Assembly (NCBI GenBank): GCA_001662655.1
Contig: KV460278.1
Source of the DNA: Pseudogymnoascus verrucosus
Taxonomy: Eukaryota
Length of the DNA stretch: 64,000 nucleotides
Direction: 5' to 3' (one strand)
Part shown: one piece after another, positions 47,800-58,603 of the stretch
Layout: each line of letters opens with the position of its first letter
How positions within the stretch are numbered: position 1 is the first letter of the stretch
The notes under the pieces: generated by a model
The model's database searches: none
Told to the model about the DNA's origin: nothing
Seen by the model: only the letters and a program-made list of their open reading frames with translations
Program-made: the position numbers and the translations under genes

Positions 47800-48999
47800 T
47801 CACATATGCTCAATAACATCCGCCCTAATAGCCTGAGAAAAATGCGGGTCCGCACCTCCAAAGTCGCTCGTCTCCACCCCCTCCACGATTCTCTTCCCCC
47901 CATTCGCCGCCGACCCCTCCCCAACACTATCCGCCATCGCCATCTGGGAGGCCACATTCGCCGGACCAGGCAGGAAGATGACCTTGCTGTTCGCGCTCTT
48001 GGCCATGGCCTGCATCGCCTCCAGGTAGCGGATCTGCATTGCCGGGGCGGAGGACAGGATATCAGCAGCCTGGCGCATGAGTTTGGCGGACTCGACTTCG
48101 GCGCGGGCGGCGATGACCTTGGATTCTCCAATACGCTTGGACTGCGCGGCCATGGATAGGGAGTCCTGGAGCTCGTTGGAGAAAATCATGTCCTTGATCA
48201 ACATACTCTCGACCTTGACGCCCCAGCCGGCGGCGACGTCTTCGATGATCTCGCCGATGGACTGGGCGATCTCTTCGCGGCGCTCGATGACGTCTTGGAG
48301 GACGCGGGCGCCGACGACGTGGCGGAGGGTGGTTTGGGTGCGCTCGATGAGGGCTTGGCGGACGTTGGAGATGCCGAAGGCGGCTTTGTGGGGGGAGGTG
48401 ATGTGGTAGTAGATTACGGAGGTGAGGTGGAGGGTTACGTTGTCTTTGGTCATGCAGACTTGTTTTGGGACCTCTGTGGGGGGTTAATAAGCTGTATTCA
48501 AGGGTCCTATCATTGTAGGGTGGGAATCTGAAATCCCTTTGTTTGAAAGGGGGGAAGGGAAAGACGTACCAACTATCTGGATCTTAACATCCACCTGAAT
48601 CAACCTCTCACTCAACGGATTAATCTTGACCAACCCCGGATCCACCGCGCGATAAAACCTCCCAAACTTCGTCACCAACCCCACATTCCCCTGCGACACC
48701 GGCTTATACGGATTCGGGCAGATAATACAGCACGGAACCGCACCAAAGGTACCAATGCAGTTCCCGAGCGTGTTGATCATCGACCCGTACCACCCGTGCG
48801 TGCCCTGCTCGCTCTCGCCGACAAGGTTCTGCGCATAGCTCGGCTGCAGGTCTTCGCGGCGGGGAGGCTCGACGTTGATCAGTCGGCTGGCACCGCCGAC
48901 GTTGGCGGGGCGTTGGTAGCCAGCGCCGTTGGAGGGTTTGGTAATGTCGGTGGAGGGGGCGGCCAGGGGGGCGGCAGAGGAGGTGGTGTTGTCGGACAT
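47800..48999 (-). CDS. Stomatin/SPFH (band 7) family protein
   Basis: GLVTKFGRF, EVPKQVCMTKDNV, QTTLRHVVG, WGVKVESMLIKD and AMQIRYLE. Intron 48474-48569. Alternative in-frame ATG at 49020. Confidence 0.93.
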
Positions 49000-51615
49000 T
49001 GTTGGGTGCAGGTCGGTCATCAAAGGGTGAGTGTTGTGTTGGAAGGTGAAAGATGAGGGGTGAATTGGAGGCGAAGTGGTTGTTTATGGGTGTTTTGTGA
49101 GATGAAACGGGGGGTATATTAGTCCTTGTGTGATATGAGACGATGAGGGGGGAAACTGGGGATTTAAGTAGTGGTGCGATGGTTGCTATGTGAAGGAGGC
49201 CAAGCGGCCAAGAAGTGATTGGTGGGTGTGCAGGGATGGATGGCAGCCTTGTGTGGTACTTCCTGTGGTAATAGTGGTCAGAGCACCCTATTGGGAAGTA
49301 TTGTGCGGGGAAAGCTCTGTCCGTGGTGGCTCTGGTGTCGTTTGGTGTTCCTTGGTGGTCTCTTGGTGGCTTGGGGGGTACAGGGAGTGCTACAGGACAG
49401 GAGTGGAGAGTGGAGAAGACTGTTGCCGCGTATGCGGATAGATCCCCTAATCCCGTAGTGTACGAGAGTACGAGGGGAGGAACGGGGCAAGCCTGTCTCC
49501 ACTGCGCGCGAGGCTGTGATTAACCGCTGAGATGATGACGGAAAGTACTGGAGCCGTGCCGATGTTGGAGAAGAATGCCTAGGAGTATGCCAGGTGTCAG
49601 GGAGGGAGATGAGTGGTGAATGGTGAGTGAAAGGTGAGGGAATAGGGAGGGAATACGCGTGGGATTGAGGATGAGACGGATGGAGCGGAAGGGAAAAGGA
49701 ATGTGATGGGCATGTGGTATGGGATGCGGTGTACGGTATACGATGGACGGGGTATACGATTCAGGTATTCGATGCAGGTAGACGTGTGAGATTGTTACTG
49801 TTGGTGCTGTTTGCTGTTGTGTGTATTCGATGCTGTTTGCACCTACAGCACGATACAGTACAGGTACACAGTACATACAGCAGTTCCCCTCCATCTGTCC
49901 TCCCCTCCATCCCCCTCTCTCCCTCCGTACCTCCCCATACCTGCCATACAAACACACTCCACCAACACTGACAGCGCGCACGGCTACCACCCCATCCGCC
50001 TCCCAGCGACACAAGAAACACCCCCCTCCCCTCCCCCCAATTGGCCTATCACCACGACAAAGAAACAGCAGAAACACCAGAAACACCAGAAACACAGCCC
50101 AAACACCAAGGGGTACACCACCACCACCACCACCATGGAAGATCGCGCATCCCCCCACCCCGTGCGAGAACCGTACAGAATGGCTGGCATGCATGGGCAT
50201 GGCATCTCTATCCCTGGGGATTGGTTATGTAACAGCCTCCATGGGTGAGCATCGTGGCTGATCCTTGGCACGGCGGCAGTTGTGACGTAGGTAGGGGGTG
50301 CTGGTGGTGTGGTGGGTGTGGGATCCAGACTTTTGCTGTGCCGCTAGAGTTTGCTGCGCAGGAGTCAGTTAGCTGTATAGTGTGTGTGAGTGTGTGGGAA
50401 AAGTGAGAGAGTCATGTGGTGGTGGTGGTGGGAGTGAGATGGGCTAATATGGGCTAGGAGAACAGGAAGAGGAAGGTGCGAGGGGAGAGGGATTTTGAGG
50501 CGGAATAGCCTCATACAGTACTCGACTGAGGTAGTAGAGATAGCCTCAGTACTGTACTCAGTGCTCACAGTACGGGTGGTAAACACCTCAAAGCCACCCA
50601 TGGAAATACGCCTCACCCTCTCACCGTCCACCCCGCATACTCAACAGTACACACAGTACAGGGCACTACTGTCAACACGCCCAATTCCAAATAAACAACA
50701 GCAATCAATCCCCAATACCCGCAACAACTCAATCCACTCCTTCTCGAACACGCCCGCCCATCATCCTCCTTCCGCTGCTGCTGCGCCACCATCACCCACC
50801 AACCCACCACCAACCCAACCTTATCTCCCGCCAAGCCCCCCCACCCAAACATGCCGGCCTACCCACCCATCACACATCACGACTCGACTGGTGGTAGCTA
50901 ACTAGTCGCAGCATAGCCCTGTCGGAACTGGAGATGCCGATGCCGATGACGCCGTGCGCGTGATGAGGCTGAGAGGATAGCCTGGTTGGGTGGATGGAGG
51001 TTGGGGGGTTGGGAGTTGGGGGTTGGGGAGTTACATAACGGACGCTGGAGATGAGGCAGGGGATGTGGGATGTGGGATCGACGGGGTTAGCCAAGCTACT
51101 ATGGACGGGAATATCAGGAGTATTAAGAGTGGATACGTACAAACATTGAAGGATGATGCCTAGCAAGGCTAGAGAATGTTAACAGTGGATACGCAGATCG
51201 AAGGATGATGGCTTAGAAGTGGAGATGGTCGATCGAAGGATTGTATACGATTGTACGATGACGCTGTGCGGCGAAGTGGTAGGGCTGAGAGGATTGATCT
51301 CCGCGGGAAGAGAGAGATGCGAGGCTGGGCTGAGGTGAGTTGTCGCTGGAGGGTTGGGGAGATGAGAGATATTTACTCTGCGTCGAGTTGATGAGGTTGT
51401 AGGCCTTCACTGTGGGACTGGGTTGATGCTATAACCCACCGTACGGTACGGCTGAGAGAAATGGTTCACCGTGAGGCTGCTTTGATGACGGTGGAGAATA
51501 TGGTAAGGCTGTATATATATATATTCTTGTAAGGCTTTGGTATATTTTTTATATGGCAGTATAGATGGTAAGATATCTCTTTCTTCTTTTTCTTCCGTTT
51601 CACCCACAACTCTCC

Positions 51616-52916
51616 TCACCCATAACTCTTAAACCCAACCTTCTTCCCCTCCCCACCACCCTCCCCCCTCTCCCTCCCAAGCACCTCCCCCATCGCCTCC
51701 CCCAACGCTCCCACCGCCTCCTCCGTAACCTGATAATGCACCACCACTCTCCCCCCACCAACCTTAACCCCCCTCCTTCCCGCGGCCTTCACCCACTCCT
51801 CCTCCCCCACCCCCGCCGCCTCCAAATCAAGCCACACCATATTCGTCTCTACCTCTCTCTCCAGCCTCCCCCCCTTACTCTCCCACATCTCCCCTACTCT
51901 CTTCGCCATCTCCTGGCCCCTCTTCAACTTCCCCCCCAGGAAAGTCTCTTCAACCCCAACTCGCGCAGCTGCTGCTACGACACCACTCTGTCGTAGCCCC
52001 CCGCCGATGCTCTTCCGTACCCAGCGCGCCCGCTTGACAACCTCCTTACTACCGAGGAGGATACTCCCAATCGGCGCCCCAAGTCCCTTACTAAAGCACA
52101 AACTCACCGTATCAAAACACCTCGTATACTCTTCCAACCCCCCCGCCCCAGCAATAACAGCCTCCCACAACCTCGCACCATCAAGGTGCATCAAAATCCC
52201 ATTTTCCCTCGCCCACCCCGCTATCCTCCTCGTCTCATCCAACGGCATTATACTCCCCCCCAACGTGTTCTCCAGCGAGATAACCCGCGTAGGACAAGCA
52301 TGCACATCATCCGACAACACAACCTTCCTCTTCACATCCTCTAACGTCAAAAACCTCCCATTCCCCGCCACAACCCCCTGCACCAACGCACCGCTCAAAC
52401 TCGCCACCCCCCCAGCCTCCCACTCAAGGATATGCGCGCGCTCATCGCATAATACCGCGTGTGGAGGCTGAGTCAGGAGCGCGCGCAGGGCGAGTTGGTT
52501 CCCCATTGTGCCGGAGAGGACGAGGAGGGCGGATTCGTGACCGGTGAGGGAGGCGAGGCGCGTCTCGAGGGAGATGGTAGAGGGGTCTTCGCAGAAGACG
52601 TCGTCGAGGAGGGTTGCGCTGCTGATTGCGTGCAGCATGGAGGCGGTGGGACTGGTGACGACGTCGGAGCGGAAGTCGGTGGAGGAGGGGTAGGGGGATG
52701 TCCAGGTGGAGGGGGGAGGGGTGGTGGTGAGGAGGGGGATGGTTGTTGAGAGGGGTCGTGCGAGGGCGGTGTTGGCGGCGGCTGCTGTAAGTGCGTTAGC
52801 AATTGTGCAATTTCGGCTTTAAAAGAGATCAAGGTAGAGAGATGCATACCACCAAGCCGTCTACATATCTGCTGCCGCGCAATGGCGCGAGTGAGGCGTT
52901 GTGATCGCGAAAGCAT
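51616..52916 (-). CDS. GLY1: Low-specificity L-threonine aldolase with predicted mitochondrial presequence
   Basis: DFRSDVVT, SGTMGNQLA, ISLENT, HLDGARLW and the PLP lysine motif SLCFSKGLGAPIG. Intron 52785-52849. An upstream in-frame ATG lies at 53084. Confidence 0.92.
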
Positions 52917-54055
52917 TTCGCGGCGTTGTTGGTATTTGAGGTTGACGGAGGGGCGGCCAGGTGTAGCTGTGGTGGTGGCGGTCCGAGGCTGGCAGAATTG
53001 GCGGTGGTGCTGCTGAGACGGGGCTAGGCGGTCAGAGTGGGGGTTGCTGGTGCGTTTGGTTTGGCGGCAGGCGGATTTGGACATGTTTTTCAGGTACGAC
53101 GTACGGAACAGGTAAGGTGGGTAAAGTTATTGGGGATTGAAGATGGTGGAGGAGATTTATAACTTTTATTTTGCTTGAGGGGTTTTTTAGATCGTTCTGG
53201 TGATTTTTGGAGTCTTGAGTGCCCAGGTCGACTACAGTGGGGAAATGTGCTCTTAAATAGGGTACTCAGAGATAGATCTCTATGAAGTCGGTGTGCTCTC
53301 TAGGAGCTTGAAATCAACTCAACTCAACTCAATCGCTCAATTCCATCGCTCCTTACTTAGATACCATGCGTTGCCATCTCATACAGGACCTTCCCTGCCT
53401 TCATCGTCGCTGGCCATGCTCTACTCATGCTCTCACTGCTTGCCACATCAGGCATCCTCTTCACCGACACCAACTTCGCTCTCTTTGCACTCCTCAAATG
53501 CGACAGTTACACATGAATCCCCATCCCAATCCAATCCCCTCGCCTTCTCATCGAGTTATCGTATCTCTCTCTTTTCCCATTTCCGATTTCTACCCGCCTC
53601 CAACATTCTGATATCCCTTCCCTGCAGGGATTCTCAAATTCTCCAATGACATTACTCGTGCCCATGCGGGGATCACGGTGGACCCCTCCACCCTCGACCC
53701 TCCAACCTCACAAAAACTTGGCAAATGGGAGAGACGTCAATCGTGGGCCTTGGTGGTGGCCATTTCGTTTTGCCATGCCCAATTTCTTTTGCTTCCATCT
53801 TCACATGCGATTATCGTTCTTTTTTAAAATTATCCATATTCATTGCTGCGTGTTTATACAGTTCGTTGCTTTGGTCTATATACACTCACTAGAATTGCTT
53901 GCATCGCGTTGATTTCTGTATGGAGACGATTGCGGCATTGTACTGAAAGAATACCCGCGATAACGACTCCATACCCGGGATCCCCTCAATCGCGCGACCT
54001 CGCGATTGAGTTCCCACGATTCCCACAATCGGCGGGTGGCCTTCATTGACCTACC

Positions 54056-56353
54056 ATGACCGTCGCCGCCGCCACCCGGGCGCGGACTCAACAATCCACG
54101 CCCTCAGTCCAATCCCCCTCCTCAAACCCAAGCGTCCACGTCTCGGCTATCAAATACGCCCACCAGGCCGCGAAGCTGTCCCACCTCCCCCAGGACGCCG
54201 AGGGTACGAATGATGGAGCCGCAGCTGTGGAGGCGGAGTGGATTACCCCCCAGGACCCGGTGATTATTACCGCGGATGGGGGGAGGCTGCCTGGGGTGCC
54301 ATTGGCGGAGGCGCATAAGTTGGATCAGTTGAAGGATGAGGTTGATGTTGGGATGGGGAAGAAGGCGGTGGAGGGGGAGGTTGGGGGGGTCTCAGATGAG
54401 AAGGGGGAGGGGGCAGGAGGGTCAGCGTCGCCGGCGAATGGATCGCCGAGTCAGGTGAAGGGATCTATTCAGAGGTCGGGGGAGGGGTCGTTAACGAAAG
54501 CTATGCCGCCGAGTCGGACGAATCCTTTGTTCCCTCCGCTGCCGCTGTATGGACCTCCCTCGCTGTTACGAAATGCCCAATGCGCCGTCTTCAGATGCAC
54601 ATCTGCAGTCCTTTCTCTAGCGTTTCTCGGCGTCATCGTTTTGGGTTCAGCTTTTACAAGCATACCCCTGATGTTCAGCCACATCTGGATCCGTCTCAAG
54701 TTCCAAAACCCCGATAAACGCCGCCCCTTCTACGAAGAAGAGAAGCGCCGCTCAATCCTCCGAAAAGAAGGCGAGCAAGAATGGCGAAAGAAGAAAGCCC
54801 GTCGGCAAAGCACCACAGTCCGCGACGACAACGAAGCCGACGCCGGCCAAAACAACGGCTTCACCCCCACCGAAGGCGGCCCCGACCCGCTCATCTGCGA
54901 CGTAGCCTACTACGCGCGCCGCGTCGGTCTGGACATGGAGGAATTCAAAGTCCAAACCGAAGACGGCTTTCTCATCGACCTCTGGCACATCTACGACCCC
55001 TCCGAGTACACTCCCCTCCCCCCAGCCTCACGCTCGCCCCTCGGACCATCCACATTCCCCACTTCCTCCTCCCCGCCCGGTCCCGACCCGGAATCCAAGA
55101 AGAAACCCAAATACCCCATCCTAATGATCCACGGCCTCCTCCAATCCGCCGGCGCCTACTGCACCAACGACGACGCATCCCTCGCCTTCTACCTCTGCAA
55201 ATCCGGCTACGACGTCTGGCTCGGCAACAACCGCTGCGGTTTCTCCCCCCAACACACCCTCCTCTCCTACTCCGACCCCCGGATGTGGGCGTGGAATATC
55301 CGGCAAATGGGCGTACTCGACCTGCCCGCCCTGATCGCGCGCGTGCTCTCCGCTACCGGCGCGCCGAAGTTGGGATTAGTAGCCCACAGCCAGGGAACGA
55401 CGCAGACGCTCGTGGCGCTGGCGAAGGAGCAGAGGCCGGATCTGGGGGAAAGGATTAGTGTGTTTTGTGCGCTGGCGCCGGCGGCGTATGCGGGGCCGTT
55501 GATTGGGAAGATGTATTTTAAGTTCATGCGGCTTATTTCGCCGGGGGCGTTTAGGGTGTTCTTCGGGATCCACGCGTTTATCCCGTTTATGATGACGATG
55601 CACTCACTCCTCCCGGGGAATCTGTATGGTGCGCTGGGGTACCGCGTGTTTAGCTTCTTGTTTGGGTGGTCGGATGATAGGTGGGATAGGGGGTTGAGGG
55701 ATCGGATGTTCCAGTTTAGTCCTGTGTATGTGTCTGCGGAGTCGATGAGGTGGTGGTTGGGGAGGGAGTGCTTTGCGAAGCAGAAGTGTATTTTGCAGAC
55801 GAGGGAGGAGTGGAGGGAGGAGGATAAACAGGATAGAGTGGAGGAGGAGAAACGGTCGTCTCCCGTTCTTGCGGCCGCTGACGCAGAGTCTGGAGTCGAA
55901 GATGTTGAGAGGAGTGGAAGTCACGTCCACAAGGCGTCCACGGCGTGGTATGACTGCCGCGCGCCCCCTTTCGCTCTTTGGGTCGCGGGTTCAGATCTCC
56001 TTGTTGATGGTAGGCGATTACTGCGCCGGTTTGCGAGCGGGAGAGAACCGCATGTTAGGGTTGTGCATCAGAAGGTTATAGAGGAGTATGAGCATCTTGA
56101 TGTTATTTGGGCTGTTGATGTTGTGGAGAAGGTTGGGAGAGAGGTGAAGGAGGTGTTGTGGGCGACGTGTGAGGGGAGGGAGGGGTGGAGGGTGCCGGTT
56201 GGATGTGAGGAGGTTGATGTTTGGGATGGGAAGGGGGTGGTGGGGAGTGGGAAAGAGAAGGGTGGTGAGGGGAGTGCGAGTGCAGAGGGGAGTGGGGAGA
56301 GTGAAATTGAAGAAACCGGGCGGGCGAGGGTGAAGCCTAGAGGCCGCCTGTAG
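54056..56353 (+). CDS. Alpha/beta-hydrolase lipase, steryl ester hydrolase (Yeh/Tgl1-like)
   Basis: VQTEDGFLIDL, HGLLQS, GYDVWLGNNR, nucleophile AHSQG, DLLVDG and YEHLDVIWA, with an N-terminal hydrophobic anchor. Confidence 0.93.
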   Translation: MTVAAATRARTQQSTPSVQSPSSNPSVHVSAIKYAHQAAKLSHLPQDAEGTNDGAAAVEAEWITPQDPVIITADGGRLPGVPLAEAHKLDQLKDEVDVGMGKKAVEGEVGGVSDEKGEGAGGSASPANGSPSQVKGSIQRSGEGSLTKAMPPSRTNPLFPPLPLYGPPSLLRNAQCAVFRCTSAVLSLAFLGVIVLGSAFTSIPLMFSHIWIRLKFQNPDKRRPFYEEEKRRSILRKEGEQEWRKKKARRQSTTVRDDNEADAGQNNGFTPTEGGPDPLICDVAYYARRVGLDMEEFKVQTEDGFLIDLWHIYDPSEYTPLPPASRSPLGPSTFPTSSSPPGPDPESKKKPKYPILMIHGLLQSAGAYCTNDDASLAFYLCKSGYDVWLGNNRCGFSPQHTLLSYSDPRMWAWNIRQMGVLDLPALIARVLSATGAPKLGLVAHSQGTTQTLVALAKEQRPDLGERISVFCALAPAAYAGPLIGKMYFKFMRLISPGAFRVFFGIHAFIPFMMTMHSLLPGNLYGALGYRVFSFLFGWSDDRWDRGLRDRMFQFSPVYVSAESMRWWLGRECFAKQKCILQTREEWREEDKQDRVEEEKRSSPVLAAADAESGVEDVERSGSHVHKASTAWYDCRAPPFALWVAGSDLLVDGRRLLRRFASGREPHVRVVHQKVIEEYEHLDVIWAVDVVEKVGREVKEVLWATCEGREGWRVPVGCEEVDVWDGKGVVGSGKEKGGEGSASAEGSGESEIEETGRARVKPRGRL

Positions 56354-56525
56354 GGGTTGAGTGGAGGTGGGATTTAGCGTGTATATATATGTATAAGCTT
56401 GGAGTTTTTGGACCTGGGCCCCAGGAAAAAGGGGAAAGGAATTGGATATACAGCACCCCTGTTATTGCTTATTATAAACCTACATCACAACTGACTTTCC
56501 CACTACCATACCAGCCCACCCCATC

Positions 56526-57362
56526 TCACCAGCCATTCTCAAAACCCACACTCGCAATCCTCATCCGATTCCTGCCTACAACCATCCACCCCCCCTTCTC
56601 CCTAAACTGCCTCCCCACCCCCCTCTGAAACCCCCTAAACTGCTCCTTCTCCTCCTCCCCATGCCCTCTTTCTTCCCCCTCCTCCCCCTCCACCCCCACA
56701 AACTCCCTCAACAAGCACCTCCCCCCATCCCACCCCTCCGGCGGCTTCACCTCCGTCCCGCACCCGGGCCTGGGACCGATCACTAACACGAGCCTCTCGA
56801 CGTCGTGGAATAAATCCCGGCCGACGAAACGTAATATCATCGCCCCCTGGCTATTCGCGAACTGGCTCGCGCTGAGGCCTATATTCCTCAATCCCGTGAT
56901 GGGGGAGGCTTGAGCGGCGAGGTGGTCACGTATCCACTTCACAAGCCGCGTCACCCTAATCGCCGGTTCATCCCCCAGCAGCACGAGGGTATCCATATCA
57001 GGCGCAATATATAGAACCCGACGTTGCGCCCACGGCGGCCGATGATGCATCTCCGACGCCAGCGGGAGAGCAATCGAATACGTCATCAGCGCGGCATTCC
57101 GGGACTCGAGACTCGTAGACAAGGCAGCTGGGTTGTAAGACCGCGATTGGAACGGGGGAGGACCGTGGGAGTCTGGGGAGGAGGCGTTGTGTGGGTTTGC
57201 GTAGTGGGCGCGGGGGTAGTGGAGTTCGAGGGTGCGGGGGTGGAAGGAGAGTGTCCAGATTGAGAGGCGGATTTCGGGGGGGAGGTGGAGGAAGAGGGGG
57301 AAGGTTGTGAGGCTGGTGGAGGGGGTGGGTGGATGTGCCGGACCTGTCGCGGCGGCCGCCAT
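56526..57362 (-). CDS. 2EXR-family domain protein
   Basis: FPLFLHLPPEIRLSIW...PRTLEL...PAALSTSLESRNAAL...YIAPDMDTL, the pattern typical of 2EXR. Confidence 0.82.
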   Translation of the reverse strand: MAAAATGPAHPPTPSTSLTTFPLFLHLPPEIRLSIWTLSFHPRTLELHYPRAHYANPHNASSPDSHGPPPFQSRSYNPAALSTSLESRNAALMTYSIALPLASEMHHRPPWAQRRVLYIAPDMDTLVLLGDEPAIRVTRLVKWIRDHLAAQASPITGLRNIGLSASQFANSQGAMILRFVGRDLFHDVERLVLVIGPRPGCGTEVKPPEGWDGGRCLLREFVGVEGEEGEERGHGEEEKEQFRGFQRGVGRQFREKGGWMVVGRNRMRIASVGFENGW

Positions 57363-57382
57363 GGTGAGGTTGTGAGGCGTGG

Positions 57383-57476
57383 ACTAGGTCCCCTGGATGT
57401 AGATCGTGGGGAGAGCTAGACACGGCGGTAGGCTTGGGCTAGGTCCCCTTCATGGAGAGATTGGGGAGAGCTAGAT
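57383..57476. repeat. Imperfect ~35-bp duplication at 55-bp spacing upstream of the 2EXR gene
   Basis: ctaggtcccct...ggggagagctaga occurs twice. Confidence 0.7.
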
Positions 57477-58207
57477 GGAGAGGTGTGCGGGGAAGATGGT
57501 GGGGTTGTCGTTGGGAGAGTGAATTTGGGATATCACGTGAGCTTTGTGAATGTGGTCGCGGCTTTGTATTTTTCCAGTCATTTAGCCCCTTGAGTGGCTT
57601 TGATGTGGCACCTCTGTAGCAACCTTCGTGAATACGAGTTGTTTGTGGCACCGCGTGTAATAAAGTTATAATTAGTGTTATATAGCCTAGCGGGTAGAGC
57701 CTCGTCGCCCGCCCCCACTTGCCCTTATTTTGTGATCGCGACTACCCCTAATACCTTACAACTCGAAAGTAGGTCTCAAATTTACGACGCGTTGTGCCGC
57801 GACAGGAAAAATCTCATTGGGGAGAACGACGACCAGTGAAAGACCCTTGTTGGTCTGCTTTAGCGCTAAAATTTGCATGTCCAACTATAAGGCACGCCTT
57901 GCGCAGACAGGTATCGTGGCTGGGGACATCGCAGCCTCAGCCTTCGACGCCACAAAAATGTGACCATTCTTAAACCAGGGAAATCGCTAGATCCTTTTCC
58001 GCAGCAATAATGAGGAGAGATTGAAGACGGCGGTAAAGACTGTGGCGTCCACTGCTAGCTGAAAGTGTGAAACAGCACGCGCACGGCAGCGAGATAATTA
58101 TAGACGCAGCCTTGTCGTCGACGCTACAATATAACCTGACATTTCCTCCTGTATTTTGACTTCGAGATTATTAATTTTCGATACAGGCAATGTCGACACT
58201 CAGATCT

Positions 58208-58550
58208 ATTATATCGCAAGTCTAGCCTCCCAAAGGGGCTGTCATTCTGCAAATATCAAGCGTGCAAGCCTGGTCTATGGAGAAACTCTGATTCCATTAT
58301 ATCGCAAGTCTAGCCTCTCGAAGGGGCTGCCGTTCTACGAATATCAAGCGTAGCAAGCTTGGTCTCTGGAGATATATATTACAAGTCTAGCCCCTCGGAT
58401 GGTTGTCGTTCTACGAAAATAAAGCGCAGCAAGCTCGGTCTCTGGCGATCCCAGATTGTCACAACTCTCGCATGCTCAACTTTACGCATAGCCCCTCAAA
58501 GGCCTTTCATCGTGCCACAAATACCAAGCGCAAGAAGTTCGGTCTCTGAC
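58208..58550. repeat. Diverged tandem array, ~80-88 bp unit x3 plus a degenerate fourth copy
   Basis: caagtctagcc...g.tg.c.ttct...a.at.aagcg..gcaagc..ggtct.tgg repeated. Confidence 0.9.
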
Positions 58551-58603
58551 TATTACTCGAGTTGAACCCTACAAATCGGCTCACTGCCTACATATCTCAT
58601 AAA

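Noticed and set aside
47780..47803. Apparent intron at the stomatin stop (GTGAGG...GCTAAC TAG)
   Set aside because: At ~22 nt it is too short; the TGA was accepted as the stop.
49190..50400. Several overlapping ORFs with CAGAAACAC x3 and (CAC)n
   Set aside because: Low-complexity sequence upstream of stomatin with no coherent coding signal.
58208..58550. CRISPR-like look of the repeated units (also at 46197 and 9936)
   Set aside because: The whole units are homologous, with no unique spacers and no cas genes, in a eukaryotic context.
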